Source: Candidatus Krumholzibacteriia bacterium (GTDB lineage: Bacteria > Krumholzibacteriota > Krumholzibacteriia > JAJRXK01). Taken from it: a stretch of 64,000 nucleotides of DNA. Shown here one piece after another: positions 50,855-62,900 of the stretch. Numbering within the stretch: position 1 is the stretch's first letter; each line of letters begins with the position of its first letter. The notes beneath the pieces were generated by a model. The model did no database searches and was not told the DNA's origin. It saw only the letters and a program-made list of their open reading frames with translations. Both the position numbers and the translations under genes were made by a program. Where the stretch lies: positions 64,001 to 128,000 of the forward strand of contig JBGPIA010000003.1 of the NCBI GenBank assembly GCA_041484665.1, in the 5' to 3' direction.

Positions 50855-51839
50855 CCCCGTCCTTTGGGATCACAACCCAGAGCGCGAGGCCTTCCGGCCG
50901 GCGCTGCGCCAACGCGATCAGCTCGCCACCCCCGTCGACCAGCGCGATGGGCAGCGCGCCCGAGGCAGGCAGCGTGTCCACGGCAGGCAGCGTGTCCGCG
51001 GCCGGCAGCGCGCCCGCCAGGGCCAGCGCATCCGTGGCACGCTGTCCGAGCTCGGCGGGACAGCGCCCGTGGCGCACCGCCACGACCTCCGGCGGCGAGA
51101 GCGGCAAGCGCCGGACACCGCGCAGCGCATCGGCGGGGCTCAGCACACCCGGACCGGCGACGTGGAGCCCGTCCCACCCGCGCTCGAACGCGTCGATGCC
51201 GGTAGCGTCCGCCAGCGTCAGCGTCCCGCTGCGCTCGCGGCGCAGCGCGTACAGGTGCGCCGGGCAGCCCAGCTCCGCACCCAGATCGCGCGCCAGGCTG
51301 CGCACGTATGTCCCGCTGCCACACTCCACGATCAAATCGGCGAACGGCGGCGCGAAGCGCACGAGCTCCAGGCCCCGGATGCGCACCGGCCTTGCGGGCA
51401 GCGGACCGGGCAGCTCACCGGCCCGCTGCAACGCGTACGCGCGCCGCCCGCCGACCTTGATGGCGCTGACGTCGGGAGGCCGTTGCGTGACGATGCCGAC
51501 CATGCCTGCGAGAGTGCTGGCGAGCGCCTCGCGCGTAAAGGCCATCTCCCCCTCGGCGATGACCCGCCCCGTGGCGTCGTCGGTATCCGTCGCCGCGCCG
51601 AAACGCACCGTCGCCGCGTACCGCTTTTCGCCGAGCGAGATGAACTGCAGCAGGCGCGTCGCGCTCCCGGTGGCCACCACCAGCAGCCCGCTGGCAAACG
51701 GATCGAGCGTGCCCGCGTGGCCGACGCGCCGATAGCCCGTGACACTGCGGACGCGGCGCACCAGATCGAAGCTGGTCGGTCCCGGCGCCTTGTCGAGGCA
51801 GACGAAGCAGCCGCGCCCGCCACGACCCTTGCGCGTCAA
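50829..51839 (-). CDS. truB: tRNA pseudouridine(55) synthase TruB
   Basis: DKAPG-TSF, VGHAGTLDPFASG, SAIKVGGRRAY and C-SGTYVRSLA-DLG. TTG start overlaps upstream stop. Confidence 0.95.
   Translation of the reverse strand: MTRKGRGGRGCFVCLDKAPGPTSFDLVRRVRSVTGYRRVGHAGTLDPFASGLLVVATGSATRLLQFISLGEKRYAATVRFGAATDTDDATGRVIAEGEMAFTREALASTLAGMVGIVTQRPPDVSAIKVGGRRAYALQRAGELPGPLPARPVRIRGLELVRFAPPFADLIVECGSGTYVRSLARDLGAELGCPAHLYALRRERSGTLTLADATGIDAFERGWDGLHVAGPGVLSPADALRGVRRLPLSPPEVVAVRHGRCPAELGQRATDALALAGALPAADTLPAVDTLPASGALPIALVDGGGELIALAQRRPEGLALWVVIPKDGDGDVSGTV
50949..51020. repeat. Four imperfect 18-bp tandem repeats in the truB 3' end
   Basis: Units GGGCAGCGCGCCCGAGGC / AGGCAGCGTGTCCACGGC / AGGCAGCGTGTCCGCGGC / CGGCAGCGCGCCCGCCAG, encoding LAGALP-AADTLP-AVDTLP-ASGALP. 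Confidence 0.8.
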
Positions 51840-52840
51840 GGCCCCGGACGGTCGCGCGCGAGCTCCGCCTCCAGCTCGCCCAGAACCTGGCCGGCGATCT
51901 GCTCCGGAGCGCCGTCGAGCGTGAAGCCGGCCGCCTTGCTGTGCCCGCCGCCGCCGTGGCGCGCCGCGATCGCGCGCACGTCGCGCGCCCCGTTGGCGCG
52001 CAGGCTCACCCGCCAGCGGGTGGGTGTCTCCTCCTTGAACATCGCCACCAGCTGCACGCCCTGCGCCGAGGTGGCGAAGTTCACGAACCCTTCGGTGTCG
52101 GACGCGCGCGCCCCGGTCGCGCGCAGCATGGCCTGCGTGAGCCACAACAGAGCGATCCGGCCTCCGCTGCGGTACTCGATACCCTCCAGGACACGCGACA
52201 AGAGCGCCAGCGTCGCGGCCGAGCGGCGGTGGAGGATCAGGTCGGCGAGCCGCGCCGGGTCGGCGCCGTGCTCCACCAGCTCCGCTCCGATGCGCAGGGT
52301 GGCCGGCGTCGTGTTGCTGAACCGGAAGCCGCCGGTGTCGGCCAACAGGCCGGCGTAGAGACAGGCGGCCGACTCAGGCGCCAACGAAAGCCACGGAGCG
52401 CAGCGCAGCAGGCAGTAGACCAGACAGGCGCTGGCGGCCGCTTCGGGCACGAACCACTCCAGATGCCCGTCGCCACCGTCGCCGTCGTGCAAGTGATGGT
52501 CGATGACCACCACCGTCTCGCGGCCGGTCAGTCGGCCGGCGATCTCGCCAGTGCGCTGGAGACTGTGGCAGTCGAACAGGATGATGGCGTCGGCCTCGCC
52601 GGAGAGCTGGCCCGGGAGGAGGGTTTGGTCGTATCCGGGCAGCTCGACAAAGGCGGCCGGAGCGTCGGGATGGCGGACCATGGCCACTTCCTTGCCGGCC
52701 GCACGCAGGGCGATCCCCAGCCCCAGCATGCTGCCCACACCGTCGGCGTCGGGATTGACGTGGGTGGCAAGCCACAGGCGGTGGGATCGCTCCAGCAGTG
52801 CCACCAACGCGGGCGGCGGCGGGTAGGGCACCGCGCTCAC
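51836..52840 (-). CDS. nrnA: DHH/DHHA1 phosphoesterase (NrnA-like)
   Basis: THVNPDAD-VGS, IDHH, DTGGFRF, VSLR and GGGGH-KAAG. Confidence 0.9.
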   Translation of the reverse strand: MSAVPYPPPPALVALLERSHRLWLATHVNPDADGVGSMLGLGIALRAAGKEVAMVRHPDAPAAFVELPGYDQTLLPGQLSGEADAIILFDCHSLQRTGEIAGRLTGRETVVVIDHHLHDGDGGDGHLEWFVPEAAASACLVYCLLRCAPWLSLAPESAACLYAGLLADTGGFRFSNTTPATLRIGAELVEHGADPARLADLILHRRSAATLALLSRVLEGIEYRSGGRIALLWLTQAMLRATGARASDTEGFVNFATSAQGVQLVAMFKEETPTRWRVSLRANGARDVRAIAARHGGGGHSKAAGFTLDGAPEQIAGQVLGELEAELARDRPGP

Positions 52841-53292
52841 GCGTCGCCGTCCTCGTGCTCGTCGGGGCTGCCCCCGCCCTTGCGGCCGGCCTCGTCCGTG
52901 CCGCCTGCGCCGCCTGCGCCGGGGGGCGGCTCCGCAACCGGGCCGCCCTCGGCCTGTCGCTGCGCCCGCAGCTCATCGAGCAGCTGCTCGAGGCGAAAGC
53001 TGCGGTCCAACGACTCGTCATAGCGGAAACGCAGTTGCGGGATCGTGCGCAACCGCAGCTGCGCCTGGATCTGCTGGCGCAGGAATCCCTCGCTGCGCCG
53101 CATCGCCCACTGCGCTGCGCGGCGCTCCGCGTCTTCGCCCGTTACGGTGAAGAAGACGTCCGCCACCGACTTGTCCTTGTTGAGGCGGACCTCGGTCACG
53201 GTGACGAAGTTCAGGCGCGGGTCCTTGGCGCGCGTGGTCAAGGCCGCGGCCAGGATGCGGCGCAACGTCTCCTCTAGGTGTCCGTCGCGCAT
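52837..53292 (-). CDS. rbfA: Ribosome-binding factor A
   Basis: KDPRL-FVTVTEV, GFLR, LRTIPQLRFRYDES. Position after infB-DUF503. Confidence 0.93.
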   Translation of the reverse strand: MRDGHLEETLRRILAAALTTRAKDPRLNFVTVTEVRLNKDKSVADVFFTVTGEDAERRAAQWAMRRSEGFLRQQIQAQLRLRTIPQLRFRYDESLDRSFRLEQLLDELRAQRQAEGGPVAEPPPGAGGAGGTDEAGRKGGGSPDEHEDGDA

Positions 53293-53316
53293 TGTGTCAC
53301 AGTCCAGGTCGAGAGC

Positions 53317-53598
53317 TCAGAAGTACTCCACCAGCCGGTCGACCACCTCGAAGCGGCCGTCATTGTCCAGGAAGCGCGTCACCGCCGTCAGCTCGCGGTC
53401 GACCACCGCGCGCACCCCGCCCACCGTCACCACCCCCAGCTCGGCCTCCCGCCAGCTTTCGTGGCCCCCCGTCTCCGCCACCGCCACGTTGAACCGGTTG
53501 CGCAGTCGCTGCTTCACGCTACTGACGACGAATCGTTTCTCCTTCAGCGATCCGGAGGCGTGCAGGCGGAGCGTCAGATGCATCGATGCGACGAGCAT
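53317..53598 (-). CDS. DUF503 (YlxP) family protein
   Basis: SLKEKR-VV-S, RFNVAVAE and W-AELG. Confidence 0.9.
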   Translation of the reverse strand: MLVASMHLTLRLHASGSLKEKRFVVSSVKQRLRNRFNVAVAETGGHESWREAELGVVTVGGVRAVVDRELTAVTRFLDNDGRFEVVDRLVEYF

Positions 53599-53674
53599 GC
53601 CCGGCTGCGCCGCGCGCTCCCGTCGGCGTGCGCGCCGCGCGCGGCGCGCGGCACCGTCCGGCGCGCGGCCGGCC

Positions 53675-56346
<2,672 letters not shown>

Positions 56347-56350
<4 letters not shown>

Positions 56351-56676
56351 GAGTCCTCACCTCGGATCGCCAACTGCTTGCGCAGACCGCTCACGAATCC
56401 GCGGTCGTGCACCGATACCACCGCCAGCCGCTCCCGTCCAAACGCCAGGGCCAGCTCCTGCGACGACAAGAGCGTGCGCTCCAGCGTCGACTCGCCCAGC
56501 CGCCGGGCCACGCGCTGCGCAAGCCCGTCGCCGGCGTCGCGCGCCAGGAACACCACGCCCGGCTTCTCCTCGCGCAACGCGCGCAACACGGCGTTGGCCC
56601 CCACCCGCAGAACCCCCGCGCGCTGGGCCAGTCCCAGCAGGCGCAGGACCGGCTGGTGCGCCGGGCCATCGGTCAC
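56347..56676 (-). CDS. L7Ae/YlxQ family RNA-binding protein
   Basis: LLGLAQRAG-L-VG, FLARDA and EL-AFGR. Between nusA and infB. Confidence 0.85.
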
Positions 56677-58136
56677 GGCTGCGGGCCCGAGGACTGCCCG
56701 AACAGCTCTTCCTCGGTCGGCACCTTCTCCTTCGGCTGCTGTGCTTGCTGCGCCAGCTCACCCTCGAACAAGGTGCTCGGGTCGAGCTTCTCGCCCGCGC
56801 CCTGCTCCTGCCCGAACACGCCCTCGTCGAACAGCGGACGCGCCAGCGCCGCCTTCTCGCGCTCGATCATCTCCTCGACCTGCTTGCGCAGCTCCTCCAT
56901 GGTGGCCTGCGCCGTCAGCAGCAGCGTCTCGGCGGTTGCGGCGTCGAGGCCTTGCAGCTGCGCCAGGTGTGCCTCATCGGCCTGCGCCAGCTGCTCCACC
57001 GTATTGATCCCTGCCGCGTGCAGCGTCTGGGCGACCTCCTCGGACACGCCGCTCATCTGGCTGACGTCCATGCGGAGCTCCTCCGCCAGCCTCTGGCGCA
57101 GGTGGTGCTCGGTGGAGCTCACCAGGTCGATCTTCCAGCCGGTGAGCTTGGCCGCCAGCCGGACGTTCTTGCCCTCGCGGCCGATGGCCAGGCTGAGCTG
57201 GTCGTCGTCAACGATGGCGGTCGCCGCACCGTTCTCCTCGTCGAGGATGATGTGGTTGACCCGGGCGGGCGACAGCGCCCGCGTGATCAGGCCGACGGAA
57301 TCGCTGCTGAACGGCACGATGTCGATCTTCTCGCCAGCCAGCTCGCGCGTGACGGCTTGCACGCGGCTCCCCTTCATGCCCACGCAGGAGCCCACCGCGT
57401 CCACGCGGTCGTCGTGGCTGAGCACGGCGATCTTGCTGCGCGTGCCCGGCTCGCGGGCCACCGCCTTGATCTCCACGATCCCCTCCTCGATCTCGGGCAC
57501 CTCGGCCTCGAACAATGCTTTGAGGAATCCGGGGTGAGTGCGGGACAGGATGATCTGGGGCCCCTTGGCGTTGTTCTGCACCTCGATGATGAAGGCCTTG
57601 AGCGATTTGCCCTGGTGGTAGTTCTCGCCGCGGATGCGCTCGCGGAACGGCAGCAGCGACTCGGCGCGATTGACGGTCACCAGGACGTTGCCGCGGTCGA
57701 CCTGCTGCACCGTCCCCAGCACGACCTCGCCCACTTTGTCGCGGAACTCCTCGTAGATGCGCCCGCGCTCGGCGTCGCGCACCTTCTGCATGAGGACCTG
57801 CTTGGCCACGCTGATGGCATTGCGGCCGAATTCGTTGATATCCAGGTAGATCTTCACCACGTCGCCCGGCTCGAGCTCGTCGCCGAACTCCTCGCGGGCG
57901 TCCCGCAGCGCGATCTCGCCCTCCGGGTCCACGACCTTCTCGACCACGCGCTTGCGTTGGATGATCTCGATCTCACCCGCTTCCTCGTCCACCTCCACGC
58001 GCACATCCGCCGAGAGCCCGACCTTCTTCTTGGCGGCGGATTGCAGTCCGATCTGGAGGCTCTCGATGAGGATCTCCCGATCGACGTTTTTCTCGCGGGT
58101 GACCGCGGCCAGCGCATCGAGGATCTTGTAGTCCAT
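56673..58136 (-). CDS. nusA: Transcription termination factor NusA
   Basis: FGRNA-AKQV, LSRTHP, EVPEI, AREPG-RSKIAV, AIGREGKNVRLA-KLTGWKID and C-terminal HhH. Confidence 0.98.
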   Translation of the reverse strand: MDYKILDALAAVTREKNVDREILIESLQIGLQSAAKKKVGLSADVRVEVDEEAGEIEIIQRKRVVEKVVDPEGEIALRDAREEFGDELEPGDVVKIYLDINEFGRNAISVAKQVLMQKVRDAERGRIYEEFRDKVGEVVLGTVQQVDRGNVLVTVNRAESLLPFRERIRGENYHQGKSLKAFIIEVQNNAKGPQIILSRTHPGFLKALFEAEVPEIEEGIVEIKAVAREPGTRSKIAVLSHDDRVDAVGSCVGMKGSRVQAVTRELAGEKIDIVPFSSDSVGLITRALSPARVNHIILDEENGAATAIVDDDQLSLAIGREGKNVRLAAKLTGWKIDLVSSTEHHLRQRLAEELRMDVSQMSGVSEEVAQTLHAAGINTVEQLAQADEAHLAQLQGLDAATAETLLLTAQATMEELRKQVEEMIEREKAALARPLFDEGVFGQEQGAGEKLDPSTLFEGELAQQAQQPKEKVPTEEELFGQSSGPQP

Positions 58137-58170
58137 CCCAGTGTCCTTTCCAGCACACCTCGCGGCGAAT

Positions 58171-58767
58171 CTAGTCGCCAGCGGGCTCTTCCGTCGGCCC
58201 GGATCCGGACCCGCGTCCCGGCCGCTCGCGCCTGCGTCTGGCGATCCGGCCGATCTTCAGATCGGGATCCAGCTGCGCCCGCGCGATCGAGGCGAGCGCG
58301 ACCCGCACCGTCCCAAAGCCGTCTACGACGACCACGATGGCCTCCGCGTCGGCGGCGACCAGCGGCCCACGCAGCTGATCGATGCCACCCTCCGGCCGGC
58401 GCGTCACCACCTTCACGATCTGACCCAAGTAGCGCTGGAAGTGCGCCGGCGAGGACAGCCGCCGGAAAATGCCCGGCGACGAGACCTCGACCACGTAGCG
58501 CCCCGTCAGCACGTCGGCCGCCCGGACCTCCAGCAACTGCGTGACCGCGCGGTCCATGGCCGTACAGTCCGCGATCGTGACGCCCCCCGGCTTGTCGATG
58601 GAGAAGCGCAGCGTGAGGCGGCCACCTCCGCGCATCACCTCCACGTCGACCAGCTCGTAGCCGTGCAGGGCCACCTCCGGGGCGACCCAGACAGCCAACG
58701 TCTCCGCCGACAGGTCCGCGGCCGGCCCGTGGGGCCCGTGATGCTCGTGCAACGGCTCCGCAGCCAA
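58171..58767 (-). CDS. rimP: Ribosome maturation factor RimP
   Basis: GYELVDVE, IDKPGGVTIADC and Y-VEVSSPG-R-L. TTG start inferred. Confidence 0.93.
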   Translation of the reverse strand: MAAEPLHEHHGPHGPAADLSAETLAVWVAPEVALHGYELVDVEVMRGGGRLTLRFSIDKPGGVTIADCTAMDRAVTQLLEVRAADVLTGRYVVEVSSPGIFRRLSSPAHFQRYLGQIVKVVTRRPEGGIDQLRGPLVAADAEAIVVVVDGFGTVRVALASIARAQLDPDLKIGRIARRRRERPGRGSGSGPTEEPAGD

Positions 58768-58833
58768 GGGCTTCCACCCTTTGCAGGCGCGCCGATGGCG
58801 TCCCGCCCGTGGGCGGGCTCCCCATCGAACACG

Positions 58834-58859
58834 AAAAAAGTGGACGCCCCCGTCCACTT
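58834..58859 (-). terminator. Intrinsic terminator/attenuator in the rimP-nusA leader
   Basis: Minus strand AAGTGGACG-GGGG-CGTCCACTT-TTTT, just downstream of a candidate promoter and upstream of rimP. Confidence 0.75.
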
Positions 58860-58869
58860 CCCCGCTCGT

Positions 58870-58898
58870 TGAATACCACAGGTCGCCTGGACCGGCAA
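58870..58898 (-). promoter_or_regulatory. Candidate sigma70 promoter for rimP-nusA-infB
   Basis: Minus strand TTGCCG-N17-TATTCA with extended TG. Confidence 0.55.
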
Positions 58899-58960
58899 GG
58901 AGCAAAAGAAGTTAGCAGATCGGCGCCACGTCCGCCACCCCGGTGATGCGCCGTCTCGCT

Positions 58961-59974
58961 TCAGCGCTGCGCAGCGAAGTCGACGAAGACCAGCGCGACC
59001 AGGAGTCGCCCCACCTGCTCGAGGCTCTCCGGCGAGCACGCGCTGGGCGTGTCGCCCAAGGTGTGCCATTCGGGGTAGTCCAGATCGATCAGATCGATGC
59101 TGGGAATCCCGACCTGAAGGAACGGCAGGTGGTCGTCGATGACGGCTGGGCCGGGGATCGGCTCGAACGCCGGGAGCCCCAGCGCCTGCGCGCGGTCGAA
59201 CACCGTGCGGGTGAGGTCGGAGGCACGCTGCAGCCCGGTGGCCTCCATGGGGATGTGCAGGTCGGCGTCACCCACCATGTCCAGCAGGATCAGCGCGCGC
59301 GGGCGGTAGCCCGGGTAGTCCGCGGCGAAGCGCCGCGAGCCGATGAGATAGTGCTGGACGTCGCTCTCCCGGCCGTAGTCCTCCCCGTCGAACAGCAGGA
59401 GGTCGACGCCCAGAGGCGGCGGCGCCGCGTGGAGCAGCTCCGCCAGAGCCAGCAGCACGGCCACACCGCTCGCACCATCGTTGGCGCCTGGGATGGGCTG
59501 GTCGACCGGACCCCCCGGCTCGCGGTCGGCGCGCGGGCGGCAGTCCCAGTGCGCGGCGAACGTCACGCGGTCCGGCGCCTGGGGCCGCAGCGACGCCTTG
59601 ATGTTGGTGAGCGACAGCTTCCCGCTGCCGTAGGGGTCGTCGATCGTGAACGTGTGCGGGGTCACCTTCTCGCAACTTGCCGCAAGCTGCGCCTTCAGCC
59701 ACGCGGCCGCAGCCTCGTGCGCGGCGCTGCCAGGCACGCGGGGACCGAACTCCACCTGCTTCTTCAGCAGCGCGAACGCGCGGCGCCCGTCGAAGCGCGG
59801 CAGCTCCCGGGCAGGGGCTGGCGAGGCGGGTGCGGGCGCCACCGTTGGGGCGCGCGCGGCCGGGCGCGCCGCGCCAGCTTCCTTCGCCCAAGCCGCGCAG
59901 GAGATCCCAGCCGCGACGGCGCATGCGCAGGCCAGCGTCGCTGCCAATGGCGTATCAGAACGTGAGCGTGGCAT
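58961..59974 (-). CDS. M28 family zinc peptidase / glutaminyl cyclase-like protein
   Basis: QVEFGPRVPGS-AH, AHWDCR, GANDGASG, DGEDYG, LLDMVG, DDHLPF and WHT-GD; N-terminal signal. Start 59974 or 59947. Confidence 0.85.
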   Translation of the reverse strand: MPRSRSDTPLAATLACACAVAAGISCAAWAKEAGAARPAARAPTVAPAPASPAPARELPRFDGRRAFALLKKQVEFGPRVPGSAAHEAAAAWLKAQLAASCEKVTPHTFTIDDPYGSGKLSLTNIKASLRPQAPDRVTFAAHWDCRPRADREPGGPVDQPIPGANDGASGVAVLLALAELLHAAPPPLGVDLLLFDGEDYGRESDVQHYLIGSRRFAADYPGYRPRALILLDMVGDADLHIPMEATGLQRASDLTRTVFDRAQALGLPAFEPIPGPAVIDDHLPFLQVGIPSIDLIDLDYPEWHTLGDTPSACSPESLEQVGRLLVALVFVDFAAQR

Positions 59975-62900
59975 TGAGCCCCAGGCCGAACGTGTTGGTT
60001 GTGATGCTCTGGCGCAGATCCTTGCTGAAGCCGTAGTTGAGCCGGAAGCCTGCACGCAGATTGCGGCTGAACTGGTAGCTGAAGTTCGGCACGACCGTGA
60101 GGTGCGATTGCCCGGCGTTCTGGTCCTGTCCGATCTCCGATTCGCGGAAGTTCTCGTTGCGATCGTAGGTGATGTCCAGAGTGGAGTCGATCTTCGTGCC
60201 GATCCCCTTCTTGCCGAAGCGCAGGAAGCCCAGCGTCCCCTCCGCATCGAAGCTCTTCTGCAGCTTCAGGTTGGCGGACGTGCGGCGCGACACAGCATCC
60301 TTGGCATTGGTGCGGGTGCGGTCGGTGCTCAAGGTCAACCTGAGGTTGCCGCTCAGCTCGTTCTTGAACCGGAAGTTCCAACCGGGCGAGATGCTCATGC
60401 TGACGCGCGGCTCGTAGCGCTGGGCGGTGACGTTGGGGACCGACTTGTTGCGGCGCACACTGAGGTCGAAGCTGCTAGAGGAGAACATGTCACCGAAGAT
60501 GCCCCACTTCTCCACGCCGGAGAGCTTGAGGCTCGCCACGGGCCAGTCGACGGACAGGTCCCGCGAGTCGCGCCCGCCGCCCGAACGCGATGTATTGCGC
60601 TCCTGATAGGAGAGGTCCGCGCTGAGCGAATTGGAGAACTTGCTCTGCGAGCTTAGGCTCAGCTGCTCGGTCTGCGAGAAGAGCTCGCCGTGGTCCACGA
60701 TCAGCGGGTTGGCGCCCTGCACGGTATCCGGCGCGCTCGACAGGGTCGGACCGAAGTCGGGGTGGTCGACGAATCCCAGCTGATAGGCGAACTGGGGCCG
60801 GTGCTTCATGTATTGGAAGCCGCTGCTGTTGTGCAGCGAGTAGTTCGCGCTCAGTGGCTGCATCTCCTTGGCGAAGGTGACGAACGGTCGCACCAACCCC
60901 TTGAGCACCCCTGCCGCGTCGACCTTCGGCCGGGCTGCCCCCGCAGTCGCGGCACCCGCTTGCGGCGCGCCCGGCGGGGACTGGCCGGCGGGCTGCCCCG
61001 CGGGCTCGCCCGGCGGCGGAGGCTTCTCCTGCTCGCCCGGCGGAGGTGGCGGCTGCTGCTGTGCGGGCTGGGGCTCCCCGGCCGACTCGCCCGTTGGCGG
61101 GCCCGGCGGGACGCCCCCCTCGACCGGGGGAGGCTGCTGTTGGGACGGCGGCGGCTCGATCTGCGTGCCACCGGCCGGACCGGGCGGCGGGCCACCCGAC
61201 GGTTGGATTCTCGATGTGTCCGGCGGAGCCTGTCCCAAGGAGCCGGGCGGCGGGGCGGGCGGCTGCTGCGGGGCGCGCCGGCCACTGGTGTCGAGTCGCC
61301 CCGGCTGGCGGCGCTCCTGTGCTGCCGCCGGCGGCGGGGCGCCGCGCTTTGCGCCGCCGAAGCGCTTCTTGATCCAGCCGCCGATGTCCACCCGGCCGCG
61401 CACTGTGATGTCGCGGTCGTTGTTGAAGTGCAGCAGCGCGAGATTGCTGTCGGCGTACGCGAGGTAATCGGCTGCCCGCGGCGGCACTCGGCGATTCTCC
61501 TGATAGGATCCGGTGTAGCTGACGTCGGGCTGCAGGGCGCGGATCAGGGGCAGCTGGGGCGTGTAGTTGAGCGTCATCCGCTCGCTGTAGTTGTCCAGCT
61601 TTCCCCAGTTCACCCCGAGGAGCTCTTCTTGCTGCAGGCGATCGCGCGCGCTGGTGATGCCGTAGCTCGCGCGCAGGTTGCGCATCGGGCTGTAGCTGAG
61701 CGTCAGCGTGTTGGTCGTTCCCTTGGTCACGCTGGTCTGGGTCGCGCCCGTGCCGGGCGTGCCATCGAGCCCGATGATGATCGGGATGCGGTCGCTTCGG
61801 TCGAACCGCCAGTTGCTCCCCAGCGAGATCTGGTTGGGCAGGTATCGGAACTCGTAGTGCAGCAGCGGAATCTTCACGGTGAAGCCGCTGGTCAGGCTCA
61901 GGTCATAGCTGTAACGATCGTCGTAGCTGCGACGCGTGGTGTTCCCCACCGGTGTGTCGTCCCTGGAGCGACTCGCGCTGCGGCTGTAGCTGAGGCGATC
62001 GTAGGTGTAGGCCAGGAGCTTGTTCCGGCTGGCCTGCGTGCGCCGGATCTGGAAATTGTACGTGGTGCTCGTGGAAGTCGACTTCTCCAGGTCCTGGCTC
62101 TCTGCAGTGATCAGCTCGATGTCCGAGTTGGTCTTGAATTTCGGCAGCTGCAACGAGTTGCGGGTGCTTACCGAGAACGGGATGTCCAGCCCCAGCGTCG
62201 GGATGAAGCTCTGTAGTTTGCTGCCGGCGCGCACCTGCCAGTCGCGCCGCAGCACGTTGCTGCCGATCTTGGCGTTGAGGCCGTGGAACTCCGGGTCGGT
62301 CTGGCTCCACTCGAACCCAAAGTCCCCCACGCCGGGCAGGGTCGTGTTGATCGCCACGCGTTTGGCCAGCCCAACCGTGCGGTCGACCTCCCGCAGGCGG
62401 ATCTCGTTGAACAGGATCTCACCTGTTAGCAGCGGCCCGGCGGCGCAGCCCGCGTTGCCGCCGACCGCCGGGTAGCGCACGCCCGCGTAGTAGCGCTTCA
62501 CGCGGCGCACGTCGGGGTTGCCGCGTACGGTCACGACATACGTGCTGCCGTCCTCGAGATCGGCGATCGTGCCTCGCTGCACGGTGTAGCGCAGGGGCGG
62601 CGCGATCACCGAGTCGGGTTTGGCGAACTTGGCGTTGGTGACATCCGCCAGCCGCACGCGCACCTGCTTCCAGTAGCCAGCGGTGAGCTGCCGTTCGGCC
62701 GAGCGGAAGTCGAACGCGATCTCGTAGTAGTTCGTCGAATCGGTTCCGACCCAGAAGTAGGGCACCAAGTCGAGCTGCGCCGGATCCAGCGTCCCGTTGG
62801 ACAGTGGCGCCCGCCAGAAGAAATTCAACTCGCTGTACTGGCTGAAATCCTGTCCTTGGGGCGCAGGGATGTCCTTGCGCACGCGCAGCTGATGGCCGGG

